A DNA stretch of 64,000 nucleotides from Tubiluchus corallicola (GCA_030141605.1 JAQGDQ010000094.1:558001-622000), one strand, 5' to 3'; numbered from the stretch's first letter, positions 34,761 to 49,542 are shown. Made by a program: numbers and translations. Notes: generated by a model not told the origin, from the letters alone.

Positions 34761-37700
34761 GTAACATATTTCTTACACAAAAATAACAAGTTTTCCATAG
34801 TTTCATTCCTAACGTCGCGTAGCTAATAAACAAGTTTACAAATAATCAACCATTAACTTTCTCCACCAAATATTAAAAGGTGTATTTCCACACATATCTT
34901 AATCTAATTTAAAAAATATATAATAATTAAATTTTAAAGTTATTAAAGTTAATAAGTAAGTAAAGTTATAATAAGCGTATAGAGTAACATGCACACGCGC
35001 CCAAGCACGCACACGCTCATGCACACGCGGTTAATATGTCTTGGGGTTGTAGGATAACGAATAAATATTGGGCCAGAACCCGTTTTTTAAGTTCAGTTAC
35101 AAAATGATTTGTCACATGGCTATGGCTATGGCCTTGAGCCATGACTATTTGGCTATAGAGTGACTAAGGAGGTGTGTCATGACCCATAGACATCGACCTC
35201 GGGACATATAGGCCTCACCTTGTTATTAGTTAATGAAATTTTACATCTTTGTTGCAGTTCATCTTATTTTCAATAAACATAGCGCTTGTACAAGTCTATA
35301 ATGTGTTTACTGCATTCTGATAATTACACGTAAATTAATATTCCCTTAAACTCTAACTGAATTGTCGTCTGCTGAATTCTACGTACACAATCACATTGTG
35401 TGAAGATTGTGGGTTCAACTGTAGCAGCCTAATTCACTGGCTTCAGAGGAAGAGAAATTATAGTTGCAGCCAGCAAGTGTTATGCTAGTAATAATTAGCA
35501 CAGCATCTGCCTACTAGTCTATAGTTTCATACCTTTGTGCGCATGCGCACACGTACCGGAATTATAAATGCTGCGTGAATTGGAAATGAACGCATTAGAC
35601 CTGTATAACACCTGTAGAATAAAGGCACCAGAACGCCATTAAATGGTGATACTTCATATAACGTAATTGTTTATACTGCGGTGGAAAGTAAATCTGATGT
35701 GTAGTATTGGGTATTAGTATCAACACAAGCGAAATTGGGTTGCCATGTAGAGCGTGACTGCGTTTATCGAATGCAGTAGCCTGGAAGTGGATTTCTTGGC
35801 TTCAATTTAAGTGTAGGCATAGGGAGGCCAGGATAAACAAGATTTATGTGCTGAGGTTGAGAGGTTGACACCGGAACTGTGCAGTGTGAGACTCGCTGAG
35901 TCCGTTGCTGTTACCGTTACCTTGGTGATTCTGGTATAAGGGCGATTGGATGCTGCAGCCATGGTTACCCCAGCTGATTAGCAGGTATTTGCCCATTGTA
36001 CGTAATGTTAGGTAGGCATGCTGTACGTATTCTCAATTAGCATAGTTATATCAGCCAAAAAATTTTATATAAAAACGCAATTAAAAATGGCTCAGTTGAT
36101 ATTTTGCTAGTGCAATTAAGTAACACATTGTGTTGTCTACAAAGCGTTTTTACTGTACATTTACTTTACCTTCTCTTAAAAGGTTTACTTTTAAAGTTAG
36201 TTAACATGCAAGTACCGAATTTACTTGCATATTAGTATAGTTGAATATACTTGTAGAATCTCAGTATTGTTTCTGAGATCAATGAGAAAGCCAGATCCTC
36301 GGAAAGAAAGAAGCCAGCCTGCAACCAAAAGGAACGCACTGTCATTTCAATTATGAGTTCTTGGTGTATTTTCGGTTGTGTAATTTTAGCTCTGCTAACT
36401 GCATGGTTGAAGGTTCTGTTGCTCGCGTAATGGTTTTCCACAGACCACACAGGAATTTCACGGGAAAAATGTTTGTCCGCGGCAACCAGCTACTATACAT
36501 AGCCGTGTAGTCGCTTTTAGCTATTTATTGTTTTATTCAACATTATAGCTTGCTAGAACTGACTTTTACGTTATTCACAGTATAAATTTTTGTAGCTTTA
36601 TACTCAAATAAATTCAATTCAATTCAATTCTACAAAACCAGTAACGAAATAGTAACAATTTTACACAGTTTTAGGTGAATATTATGCAAATAGAATATCT
36701 AAAAACTTTTATTACCTTGGTACTTGCCAGTAATATCTTTAAGCTGAATAGTAGGTTAGCTGAATAGAATGTAGAACTTTTCTGTATTTATGGTTTGGAG
36801 TGCGGAAATTTGAGCATGTAAATGTAAATGTGTGGAAAAAATGGAAATGTGGCTTAACAAAAACGTAAAGTTGGATGACCTTTTCAAATTCGATTCGCGT
36901 TTTTGCTATGTTCTTGTCTTGGGCTTGTACGTGTCGTATAGCAGTATATCTCAGCTTAACTGTGAGAAACCGCACTTTGCCATATTTCTGCTGGTTTTAT
37001 AGTAACAGAACACCACCATAAATAATTGAAAAAGCTCACAGTCGGATGTTGATAGCAACTATACTGCGTTCATTCACGTGTGTGTGTTTAATTAGCCGAT
37101 CAGCATCCCTAGAGAATCATATGAAGCCATAATGATACTGCTTGAACTTCATTGTAACACCTAACAGTACTCTGTGTCTCTAGATGTTAGAGGATGCTGA
37201 ATCTCAAGCGACTTATGGGCAGGTAATTGGTTCTAATCATCTGGTCGTGTAGATTGTATCCTTGGCTGATTGTGTGTCGCTAAAATTGTCTGAAATAACT
37301 GGAAAGATGACAGCCAAGATGGCCGTAAATTGAATCAAATTGCAAGATTAGGTGGGTTTCGCTGCGATGTAGAATGTTTGAAAGATGTGCTTGCATGTTA
37401 GAAGAGCAAGTTGTAAAAATCATTCACCAAACTACACTAAGTAGATAAGATGAGAATTTAGACACTAGGGAAGTTGCAAATATGAAAGACGTGGAAGAGA
37501 TTTAAATAATAACTGGTCACAGTGTTTCTGCGTTTCTCAGAATCCTGATATCTCAGCTTTGTATATACTAATTTATGTCATTGCACCTTTGCATGTATGT
37601 GTAAGTTACTTAACTTGGTCAAAATGTATGCATATGCTGCATAACCCGTGTTCACAATAAGAAACGAATGATTATGATATTAAATATGTAATTAAAATTA

Positions 37701-38533
37701 ATTACGCAATTAAAAATTTGAAAAAGGCGAAATGTGCTATTGATACGTGATGTGTGATGTGTTTTAATGGTAATGATAAATTTCTCATTTCAGTTAAAAA
37801 TGGTTTATCAGTACATAAAAGCAACTTATTTGTGAACTTTGTAACTAGATTTCGTGTTGAGCGGCTATTCAAAAACTAAATTTAATTTTTTTTATGTATT
37901 TCAGTAAACTCTATTATGGAAAGCCTTAGCGAGATGCTAATATGTAGTTAGATTCAACACACATCAGTAACCGATTTTATACCATACAGTAGCGCCATTA
38001 AGGCGTCAGTAAGCCTATTATAATTATTGAAGTTCATTTTTTATTAAATATTACCTATTTACCCACGCTCGCCTATAATTATATCGTAACTCAATATGTT
38101 AATCCATCATTTAGAATTAATCCAACCATTTATTTTCAACCTCGTCTCATTTTATCCTTAACTTTCTATCTAGGCTCTACGTTTGTCACACATCCCAGCT
38201 TTCACTGTTGCTAAACCTTTCTGCGACTTAAATGCCATTTATAATAAATGTACTACAATAATGTACACTTGTAATTTTCTTATTAGATATGAATCACATC
38301 CGATAAGTTTTGGTATAGGGATTTCTTCCTGTTGGGAACATCAGTATAATTTATGTTTATGAAAGTATGTAATCTATCTACCATGGATAATCTTAAAACA
38401 AAAATACAGTCGAAACGAGTTGCCACCTTAAACTATAAGACTGGGAGAATGGAACCGAGTAAAACAAGAGGAACTTTTTAAACAATCAGAGAAGGTAATT
38501 ACATTCCTAGTGCGATATTTCGACAATGATAGT

Positions 38534-38698
38534 TTGTCGTGAGTTGTGAAACATTTGTTAGCTTACTGAAATGATTCCGAGTCAACTGATGGGGATAATT
38601 GAAAATTATCACTTGTTGCCCGGCAACTTCAGCTTCAGCAGCGGCGCCGCGCAATTTTCATCGCCTTTAGTCATCAACTCTACACAATTTCACGACAA
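38534..38698. repeat. Short imperfect inverted-repeat element
   Basis: TTGTCGTGAGTTGTG / CACAATTTCACGACAA arms around a GC-rich centre. Confidence 0.4.
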
Positions 38699-39199
38699 CA
38701 GATGAATTGATTATTATAATTCTTTAAAATAAAACTTGTTTATAAAGTAATTTCTTAGCTTGAAACGAACGAATGTCAGAAATATTTTTAAGTATCCTTG
38801 GAGGCAAATTAGTTTAGATTAAGAATTTCATTTCACGTGAAGCGAAGTGAATATCTGCGTGATCACGACGTGTTCTTCGTGACGGAAGTTAAGAACAGGT
38901 GAAAAAATGCTCACGCAACCTCAAGCCGAGCAGTGATTGAGAACTACTTGCAGATATGTTCGACAGCAACAACAATAAGTGGTTTTTGGTACAACGTACC
39001 TCTTGCGGCAGCACTTCCTGAAGTTTGCCATTTTGGGGTTGATTTTATGCTTCCTGTGTAATTTGTTTAGTTCTTTTAATAACAGAGCCAGATTCTTAAC
39101 GCATTCTACTAATTTCCTCATAAAACGTTAAAAAAGAGAATAACATTGGCGAAAAATGACGAAAAAAAAAATGATCAAGAAAAACAAACACCATCACTG

Positions 39200-39238
39200 C
39201 AACAACAACAACTACAACAACAACAACAACAACAACAA
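39200..39238. repeat. (CAA)n microsatellite
   Basis: Directly visible. Confidence 0.9.
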
Positions 39239-39746
39239 GTACGTCGATCAAAAAATATCATACTAATTAACATTGCAGGCCTACAGGCTTCTTCTTTAAG
39301 CTTAATTTTTTTCCAATAAACATTGATACTGCTGCTACTGCAGTGATGTTTTTCCACGATGGGTCGAAAGTTTATACACAATAATTACAAACCCCGCGGT
39401 TTATTGACAGTAATCTGTTGTCCAACGAGTGATTGTTAACCGTCTTTATCGTTCTGCATGGAAGATGCTCTCATGTCCAGCCGTTTCGAGAGGCGGTTGA
39501 ATAACTTGAATACATGTGACAAAGAAATTTCTGCGAATTTATGCTTAATGATGTAAAGTGATTTTATTACTGACACTTCTATATTAACTTGTGGTGTACC
39601 TTATAGGCGTTCTGAGCTTGTATGAAATTTTAGTTATCTGACCGATCCACTTATGATTGTTTTTGGCTCATAATGGCAACACGAGAAAAGTTTTCACAGT
39701 TTATATGACCTGCTATAATTAAGTAAACGCACAACAGATGTAACAT

Positions 39747-39749
<3 letters not shown>

Positions 39750-39784
<35 letters not shown>

Positions 39785-39795
39785 GATTATTATTA

Positions 39796-39862
<67 letters not shown>
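39750..39862. repeat. (ATT)n microsatellite
   Basis: Directly visible, two interruptions. Confidence 0.97.
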
Positions 39863-39863
<1 letters not shown>

Positions 39864-40233
39864 AGAGGCACAATTACTATAATTGTTATTTTGTGATAAT
39901 AATAATAATCACCATACTAATGCTCTCCCAACTGCATAGTGACGCCTTCAACTAGTATTTGTTTCAGTAACTGGTAACATTTTCATAACTTTAGATATCT
40001 TGCTTTTAACTTTGTTTTTTTAAATTTTATGCATAAACACAAAATAGACGCCAACCAATAAATTTCTTACACTTGCCGGCCAAAAACAGACACTGTTAAT
40101 CAATAGCAAGTTAGTTTAAGATTTTGTTTTCTGGTGCTGTGTTTAAATTTTCACTTCTTAAGTGTAGTTAATTTGTTTAACTTCTTTGTGTAAAAACATA
40201 TATTTGCAGGCCTAAATCAACATTTGGGTTAAT

Positions 40234-40428
40234 TGGCGTTTATGTAGCTTCCGGAATGCGCATGCGTTATGGGAGTGCGAAGTAGATGAAATCAGTTTAT
40301 ATTATTTTCAATGCACCCGTTCATATGACCTGCGTTATGCGCTATTTTTTTCTGCAGTTATTTCTTATTAATTTTTTTATTCCGCAGGCGGAAACGCATA
40401 ACGCGTTCCGGATGCTACATGAACACCA
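40234..40428. mobile_element. MITE, ~195 bp
   Basis: 26-bp TIRs GGCGTTTATGTAGCTTCCGGAATGCG / CGCGTTCCGGATGCTACATGAACACC (4 mismatches); no clear TSD. Confidence 0.75.
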
Positions 40429-40942
40429 CTAGTCTGCTGTTTAGGAATTCTCACCCGTAACATATTATACGGGTTTACAGATCCCGTCCGGCAAAGAGAT
40501 TGGGGAATCTACTCGTATGAATATTTCATGAGTCTTCAAATATTTCACGAGTGTTCACGGTAACTCCTGGAAAAGCGGGAAACAATATCAATTACTGTAG
40601 ACTACTTTGATGGCATAAAAACATTTTGATATCGCGTTTGCTGCATCAAACAGATATAAAGTAGCACTTTATTGGCCAAAACAACGCGCAAGCAAACACA
40701 TCGAGAGCCTTGTAGGTGATTTTAACTTCTGGAAATATCAGTGTAACAAGTGCACAATACGCCAACAACTATTATTCTGATCATTTTTGCTACCGATAAC
40801 TGCAGCCAAAAAAGAAGGTGCAGACATAGCACTACTATCATTATTTAATTTCAGCTTAAGTTGTTTAACCAACGATATCATCCCCTCCTCCAGAATCTTT
40901 GCACTGATCACGCAGTTAACTATTAGTCGCTTAATTTAAATA

Positions 40943-41072
40943 CTAGTGGTAGTGGTAGTAGTGTTGGTAGTGGCAGCGGTAGCGGTAGCGATAGTGTGCA
41001 GCAGCAGCAGTGGCAGTGGCAGCAGAAGCGGCAGCAGCAGTAGCAGTAGCAATAGCAGTACCAGTAATAGTA
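40943..41072. repeat. Degenerate (AGT/GGT/AGC)n simple repeat
   Basis: Directly visible. Confidence 0.85.
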
Positions 41073-44039
41073 ACTCAACCTTTTTGCAGAGACACTTAAA
41101 TAGAACACTTAAATTTGTTTTGACTTCCTATCAGTCGAATACAATCGTATTGCAATAAAAATACATCATAACGTTTTAATTATATCCATTTGAAATTTCT
41201 TTAATTCAACTAATTGTTTGTTAGTGGCACAAACTCTGTTATGATTTGTTATAAATCTGTTAATCATAGAATGAATAAAATTGGATCCAATTCCATAGAT
41301 GATTGAAACTAATGTGATGTAACTGTATTTCCATAGCCAAAGATTTTAGTATTGGCTGCAGGGAGCTGCTTAAAGGTGCACCTTAAATTCCGGTTAAATC
41401 CAAAACAAGATTTGTAAAACACTTTTCAGCGGAACACTAAACTGCATTACAATTCGATTAACAGGATGTGCATTCTGCCATCTTAAAGAACTTAGCTTCC
41501 CAAAAGTCACCGCGGGACGTCCCATAATGCGCTGTTAAGAAAAACATCTCAGCGAGACTGGGCAAAGAAAGGTTTTTCGTACATCTATGTAGACGGTTTG
41601 AGATGCAGATGGATGCCACATGCTACGAAAAAACACATCTCGTTTTAGCTTATCCTTTCCTTATGTTCCTGTGGTGTGGAAGGGAGGTAAGGATGGTTCG
41701 GAAGATGTTCTTCGGTTAAATCCATTTTTAAAATCTTATGTAATAGTCGTTATTAATCGACCAATGTAACTGCGCAATAGCCTACACGATTTGCCGTCCG
41801 ATAAGGGGTCGCTATCTTGAAAAGTTATTATAATTAAAACGGGCTCTAGGCAGTTTGATGTCCTAGGCGAAAACTATTTGTAGCGTCGCCTCCTCAGCGG
41901 TCAACCCCCTTCCTTCATGGTTTTCATCCCACAGCCAAAATTGAATTTTGTTGCATGTATAAGTAGTACTTGTGTGTTAGGCTAATACATGTATTATAAT
42001 GTGCTAATTAAGTGTAGTTAATTAACTATCTACAGCATGTGTTGATTAAATGTAAAATTGAGTTTATGACCCAATTATACGTCCTGGATGTTCAGGAGCA
42101 ATGAAAATTTCTTCTATTTTGCTAACACTTTTCACGTACATGCTTTTGGCTAGATTTTTCCTGAATCTTTCCATCAATAAATTTTTGAAACACCAACTTC
42201 TCTTTTTATATCTATTTCACTAGTTTCATCGTCTTTACAACCATAACTCTGGTCTGGTTGAAAATACTGACGTAGACATTCGATATAAGTAATTGTACTT
42301 CCAAGAGTGGAACTCATTTATTGTTTTAAACTAACTGTGTTCCTGTTGTATAGTTTTATCTTATGTGTATAGTTTTGTATTCTGCATTTCCTAATCGTTT
42401 TATATAGTACTCTACATATTGATTTAAATCTAAAATGAAATAAAATAAAATAACATAAACATCTTTAGTGAATTTGTTTGTTGTTTAGTGTCCGCCTTTC
42501 GTTTCCTGTATTACGCTTCTGAAGGTATATTCGATTCTTATATGTTTTTCCGCTACAATTAGGCCAAGATTTTCCTATTGCGAAATCTTCTTGTTAGACA
42601 AACACTTTTTTATTAACAGGAGTAGATGCAATATGAACTGTAGGCAAAAGGAGGGAAATAACGTAATATTGGGAAACCAATTAAAACAAAAGTGGAAAGT
42701 GTTTTGCTGCAGGTCAGTGTCGATGAATCATACATTTTCAAGAAATTTTTGACACAAATTAACACTTTGTACACAAAGAAATTTAGGCACAGTGACACGA
42801 GCTGAAGTTGAGTAGTGGTTATTTTGGACATACAACACCTTGCAGATCACTCTGCCTGTGATTTTAGTACGAAGACATTTGACAAATAAGGCGAAAGTAC
42901 AAAACGAGTTTTTTGGAGCTGCTTAAATCACAAGAAGACACCCGTCATAAATAAAAAAATTGTCTTGAAATTTTTTGTCATTGTCTTATTGCATACAAAC
43001 TTGCGCTAGCAGTAACACTGTATAAAACTTTTAAATTAAAACTCCCGCGATGACTGTAGGTGTAGCAATTTTAACCATAAGTCGTTTGAAACAAATTTAG
43101 ATAACATTGCATAAAGTTTGAAAAAATAATAATCAGAATAGTTGTAGCACACTTTGTGCTAACTAAGCAAAAGTAAAAAATCACCTTATTTTGTTAGTAA
43201 GATCAATAATGTGTTTTGGTCTCGAAATTTCCGAAAATTCAGAACGACTGTTCGTATTTCTACATATAAAATTGCAAAAACAGGTTTTTATCGCCGTATT
43301 TCAATTCCAATTCTTATATGTTAAATTTTAAACTTAAATTTACTGTATTTGTTGCTTGTCTATGATAGCACATTGCTGCTTTTTAAACGTTCTACATAAA
43401 AGTTTAAAAATTGATACTCAAATTGAAAACTTTATCTTTTCCCAATTACTAGCTAAGCAGCATAAGCTAGAGGAAGTGTGTCTGACTCTAAAAGCTGATT
43501 ATAATTTTGAAGCGGAAGTTTGTACCGATGCTTCTTTCGTAATTACTGTGCAATGACCATGTTTCTTTGACGCGAACGTTGCCATATAAGTAATTTTGAC
43601 TTTTGGAGCACAGTGTAACTTGGACGTCACAAAAGCTCTCTGCAAGAATCATTTACAGTCATCCATCACAGCGCAGTCGTTAGTCTGCTGTGTGCTAGTT
43701 TAGAAGCCAGAGTTTTTATGGCTTCCCAAAGATAAATGAATGTTTTCAGCTGCAAGAGCGCGGCCTGACGCAAAAAAGCTAAAAACATCGTTGACCCGGT
43801 TTTAATGCCTTTGCGCATGCGGGGCGAACATTTTACTTAACATGCAAAATTTGTAAACATATTTTCACTTGTTTTTTGGGTGATGTGACACCTACCATCG
43901 TGTATAAACGACTTTGGACTTGCTGAATTGTAAAGAAGATTGAACGTTGTTCGGTAACACGGTTACACAGAAATTTAGGTACCTCTTAACTAGCGGATCT
44001 TGGTTTAATTACTGTTATTCGTATATCTGCCAAGCACTC

Positions 44040-44440
44040 AACTTCTGCGCAAATATTTGCTAGGTTTTGCTTAAGTTTTTGTTTAAGTTTTGACGTAAAT
44101 CACTTACACTTGGCTATACATTTGCTTACACTCCTTTCACCAGCTTATTTTTAAATCTGCTTAGGTTACTCATCTACTTTTACTTGCATTAGTTTTGTTA
44201 GTATACCTTGATTACATTTGTTTACATTATTTACACTTGCCAACAGTTGCACACATTACTTCTGTTAGGTTATTTTGTTTACATTTGTTTATATAGTTAC
44301 ATTTACTTCAATTTGTTGGCATTGCTCCTATCGTCTTACTTCGTTTACACACGCCTACATCACTTACCTGCTCCACCATACCACTACATTATGTCTGCTA
44401 ACTTACTTTGTTGAATTTGCTTAGATTACTTACCTTAGAT
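44040..44440. repeat. Highly degenerate short-period repeat (TTTGYTTACA-like)
   Basis: Recurrent ttgcttaca, ttgtttaca and cacttac motifs. Confidence 0.5.
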
Positions 44441-45059
44441 TATAATTCCTTTTCATAGTACAAGAAAAACATAGTATAAAACTTATTCATTTAAACTGTT
44501 ACCTACGTTTTTATGCATCTTTTTGTGCAAAAATCGTTCTAATTTTAAAATAGATCAACCAAAAATTTCTAGACTTTGCACAACTCACTTATTGGCTTTC
44601 TTTGTTTGCAAAATGTTAAAATGGTTTTTAATTTGTACTATAATTCTGTAAATATTTATTGTGTTTTACATCCAGCTAATATTTACTAAATTTTTATAAA
44701 CGTGAAACAATAAATTGAGTTTCAAATAAAAAAATGTAATAGGAAGTTAATTGTTTCCTAAGAATAAAGGCAGCTGCAGTTCTACTAGCATGAGAATACA
44801 CGTAATAACATGACATGATCAGTCAAACGTCTTGAGAATAATAAATTTCTCGTAAAAGCGTTATTGTCCAGAGTAGATTTATTGTATGTGCAGCTGAGCG
44901 TAGTTATACTGAGTATGTAGCCTTGGACTATAGTGCGAGAGAGAGAAAGAGAGATTGAAATAATATTTCGAACAGTTAAGTTCATATATTTACAAATCCA
45001 CGCAATTTCACACAAATACATACATGAATAAATGTATACTTGAATAATTAAATAACTTG

Positions 45060-45380
45060 GTGTCAATATTGTAATGCTGGCGATGGTGTCGATTCACTGC
45101 AGTACACTTCATTGTAAAACGTGAATTAGCGAAAAAACAGAGAATTTTTGTAAAATGAACTGGCCAGAACCCAGTGTGCTCCATGTTAATTCTACGGAAC
45201 AGGTGCTGAGATGTTAATCGCATCTGTCAGTCAGCCAGTGGAACCGATGAGACCACTCCATATCACCTACTCATAGCTGCTATTCAATGCCGATATGGAA
45301 TGGCTTCGTAATGTATTAAACCATCACAATGTGGTGGTAGGGGTGAAAAGAAATGTCATTTCGCCGCCGTAACTATTAGC
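45060..45380 (+). mobile_element. SINE copy C (same family as ~520 and ~24490)
   Basis: GCCAGAACC, CGGAACAGGTGC, TCCATATC...GATATGGAATGG and CATCACAATGTGGTGGTAGGGGTGAAAAGAAATG occur in the conserved order. Confidence 0.55.
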
Positions 45381-47962
45381 TAAAAGTTTAAACACAATTG
45401 CTTTTTCGTTCTCAGCATTACAGACAGACAGTTCTAAACAGATTGTGTTGCACTTTGTTGCCTATATAATAAAGTTCCCCACTTCTTTCTAATTATGCAT
45501 GGTGAAACAGACATCACTTTTAAACATACAAATTACATTTGAACTGCTGTTCGTACGGATTAGTAAGCTATTTACATATCTTCTGTGTATTACCACGAAT
45601 TATTTTAAATTTAGTTGTATAGACATAGATCTGCGAAATAGTCGATATAAAATTTTTCAAATCTTCTTTATTTGAATTTTTTCACAAATCTTTGCGTTTG
45701 TTTGTTAAAACATCTGTCAGATCATACAAATCACCAGATATGTTAATGGAATTAAACATAATTGTTATAATTATCACAAAAACGAGACAAAATAGAGATA
45801 ATTTAAACTAATTTTTAACCTTAAGTAGCAATAGTTATCCAGAAGCTATGAAAGCAAGACACTGACAATAACTGTAGAGGCAAGCGAATTAAACTCTCTA
45901 CCGGTACACGCCGAAAAGCCAAGATATGTATGGTTGTGGAAATGCGACTAACCCTTCTAGTCCTATCACCAGAGGCTCTGAAAGGGCAAATAAAATAACT
46001 TGAGTAATGGCTTAAACCGCTTGTTGACTTATCGTCAAAAATCTAAATACACTGCACCCTGTAATGGTGCGAGTAATTAATTAGTCAAGCTATAAATAGT
46101 ACAGCTGCGTCACCGTGCCAATAAGAGACTTGAAATGACAGTATTTCTCAAGAATGATTAACATCTCAATGTGAACGCGTTACGAGCAGCTATCTTAAAA
46201 GGCGCTGTTATTGCTGAATAAGTCATTTTGACTTCGATGGTCGAAATGGAATGTCGGGTACCATATCTGACTTCATCATTTACAAATAAGGGAATGATGT
46301 GGTATTTTTGATTGATTAAATAAGAAGGAACGTTGGCTAAACAATGTTGGACGCCCCCTGGGTTTGTAAAACGTCATCTGAAGCTTTTAGTCCATTTCTA
46401 ACTTTTACCCTGGCGACTGGCGTGCTGTCCATGCTTTTAGTGGGCTTCTAAGTTTTGTCCCAGTGAGATTTCAACGCTGAAATGTTCGTCTCAGCCTCTT
46501 ACATCAGTTTATGATTAACGTCATTATCAAGGAAACGATGCCATGGCATATCGTTGTAGTTCTAAAACTGTGCAAGAAGATGTAATATTCCACAGGCTCT
46601 GAAATGCTCTAAAAGTTTTGTTATTGTATGGCGAAAGAGGCGAATTCATACATTTAAGCCGCTAGACATAATTTACAGGATTTTTTAGACACGGTACAAG
46701 AGCAAAAACTACAGCGTCTATGACTTGAATCAAATGAAGACTACACCCATTCAAATGAGTGTAACAAACCACAAGTTAAACTTTCTATCTTCTGTGTGTA
46801 AAGCCCCTACTGTGCTCTAGAGTCTAGATAATCTGGATCCAGGCGGAAACGCATTTTAATTGATGTTATTAGTTTACTATCTGCTTATATCAAGTATGGC
46901 ATGGCAACACACTGAACATCTGATAATTTACACTGACAAGCTGCTCAGTAGGGAAGCCTATACTCCTGTTTAGAATATACATGTCTTCCATGTTGTTTAA
47001 CAAGCTGCAATCCACTTTTCTAGTTTATATTACTTTATAATTGCAGGGAATACGATATCAGCGGGGGGCATTTCCACCAAGGTAGTCCTGCCAACCTTGT
47101 CAACCAAAAAAAGGTTAAACCTTAAATTGTAAAAAATGTTTTGCAATAATGACGGTGTTGGTGTGAGTAATGTAGATCAGGATGGTGTATCATCTAAGAT
47201 AATGATCATAGCGATGGTGGAAGCAATTGTGTTAGGGGTGGTAGTGAGAGCAGCGATGGTGACTGTTATGGTGTAAGAGGGAGTATTAGTGATGAGAATT
47301 CTGTAATTTATAAAGGAGACAAATCACTCAAATCGAACTTGTTGTTAAAGTTTGCAGGGGCAACCTCGCGAATATTCTTTTAGATTCGCCATGATACAAG
47401 ATTTTTACATTATAGTCACATACGCGATTAGTTGCCAATAGCCATTAGGTTCTCTATCGATAGGTATAAATTACACTGCAAACCATAGCTGCCCACAGCG
47501 GAAATAGAATCTAACCCATACCCACTAGCCTGGCTAATCTAGTTTCCAAAATAGCCACATACACATAAACAACCGCGTTCTGTTCTTGTCGTCCGCTAGG
47601 CCAAAATACAAACTATATCGCTCAGAGTAGACGTTTGTTAGGGTTGCCACTTAACAATGTAAGGGTCACTCATGCAATGCGCTGGAATGTATATTGTATT
47701 ATCCTGTACTTGTATGTCAATTTAATTAGAAAAGAGTTGGTGACAACAACACGTGACCTGATGTAAAAATATTAAGTAGCTGCCAGGCCGTTGCGCCAAA
47801 CTCTTTTCTCTGACGTGTGCCGTGATGTGATATGTAAAGGAATGCAATGCAATGTAGTGCAGTGCAACATATGGTGGAGTAATAGTATACGAACAAAATG
47901 ATTTGTAATGGTAGTATAAATGGGGACAGCATTTTATTTCTGAAAATTTTAATTGTTGCTAA

Positions 47963-48283
47963 ATATGTAGCCGAAGCAGCACAAAAAATCAGAAAAACTA
48001 TGATTTTTTATGTTTTTAACAAAAATTTAAGCGAAAAGTTTCATAATTCCTTGAATGAGTTATTCGATATGTGGTAAATTTCATCCGAGATTTTTACCAG
48101 TGTAACGTTAAACCATACAAAATATTCAATATTTAAACTTTTATTATCAGAAAAACATTACTTTTCTTTTTACTATTAGAAAAATTTCGTGAGTTAAACT
48201 GATCTAATCTGGAGGACGTGTTTTAAAAATGGGGACGCTGAATCCGCAAAAAATGGGCCTATAAATTTTTATCGGCTACATAT
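47963..48283. mobile_element. MITE-like element, ~320 bp
   Basis: Perfect 12-bp terminal inverted repeat ATATGTAGCCGA / TCGGCTACATAT. Confidence 0.55.
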
Positions 48284-49542
48284 CGTCAGATAAAATAAAT
48301 TTGGCTACGGCCCATAAATCACCGTAGACGTTGGAAAATCTCTTTAGGTCAAGGTCTGCTGTTGTGCCTGTTGAATCTCCTAGCAACATCTAAAGAACAA
48401 GGACATTTATTAAGATGAAAGTGCTATGATTGATCGGTGTTAATTTTGGTTCTCCGCTCAGTAAACTTGCATTTGGTAAACCTGTACGGCTACTGCACTT
48501 CCTTCGGTTAGAATTTAATCGACTGATAAATGTGTGTAGTTGATAGACCTGCACTGCCACTCCATTTTCTGCTGATATCTCTTAGCTGACCTGCTAAAGC
48601 TGTTCTGGTAGTCTGCTACTGTATTCCTACTGTTAACATTTAGCTGACGGCTAAAAGTGCGCTGCTGTTAAACCTAGAGCTTGCTTCTTAACAACAAGAA
48701 GTTCAATAACAATATAGGTTTACCTATTGAATTTCTTATTGTTAATGTTTAGTTGATTTGATAGTGCGTTGTTGGTAAATATGTACTGAACTTCCTAATA
48801 TTAGCAAATACCTGACTGCTGTTAGTGTGTACTGCTCCTAAGTTGTGGTACTACTGCACTTCCGACAGTTAGGATTTACCTAACGTGCTAAGGGCGCATG
48901 AGCGACGTTTCATGGTACCCACACACCATACTGGTACATGGTACCCACACTGTACCGCCTCTCTATACATTTCTCTTTGTGCGTATGACCTCAGCACCTA
49001 TATAAAGAGGGGTTACAAATCTCTGCATTCAATTCACGCTGTTTTTGGCTTTTTGGCTTGCTAGATCATGTCTGGTTTACTAACTCATCTTTGCTGGCTT
49101 GCTACAGCACAGATGAGCAGAGTTATGCATCTGTTCAGGCTAGTTATGCATACGTTATGTTCAGCTATGCATAAGTTTAGTACAGCTAGTTCAATCCAGC
49201 CTATAAAATTAATAAATTATTATTGGTCTACCGGCGACAGTTTGGAGGCTTCCTCAACGTGTCGTCCGGAAAAAGTGAAGTCAAATAAATTAGCTATTGA
49301 TATGATGAACAGCGACATAAGCCACTTATCATGCTAATTAATGTAGCGAGAGATGTTTGCAGCCTGGATACGCTTACATAATGTAATTGCTGTGCTTGAC
49401 TTCATGTAGATAATTATGTGATAATCTATATTGGGTAATTTTCATGTAATCTGCATTAACAGATGATTCTTACAAATCGACAGCAGTGATAGAAAGGGTC
49501 GGTATCTTTAATACCACAATAGTAAGCAGTTTTTAACCAGCC

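Noticed and set aside
38921-41158. Cys-rich or Ser-rich ORFs (38921-39121, 39175-39381, 40923-41108, 40946-41158) as metallothionein- or toxin-like genes
   Set aside because: The Cys and Ser runs come from CAA and AGC/AGT simple repeats.
41180-41350. Possible L1/Tx1 RT remnant on the minus strand (YGIGSNFI)
   Set aside because: Only one short motif; too decayed to support.
46690-46860. Second Penelope or hammerhead remnant (TCTGGATCCAGGCGGAAACGC)
   Set aside because: Core boxes and spacing do not fit well enough.
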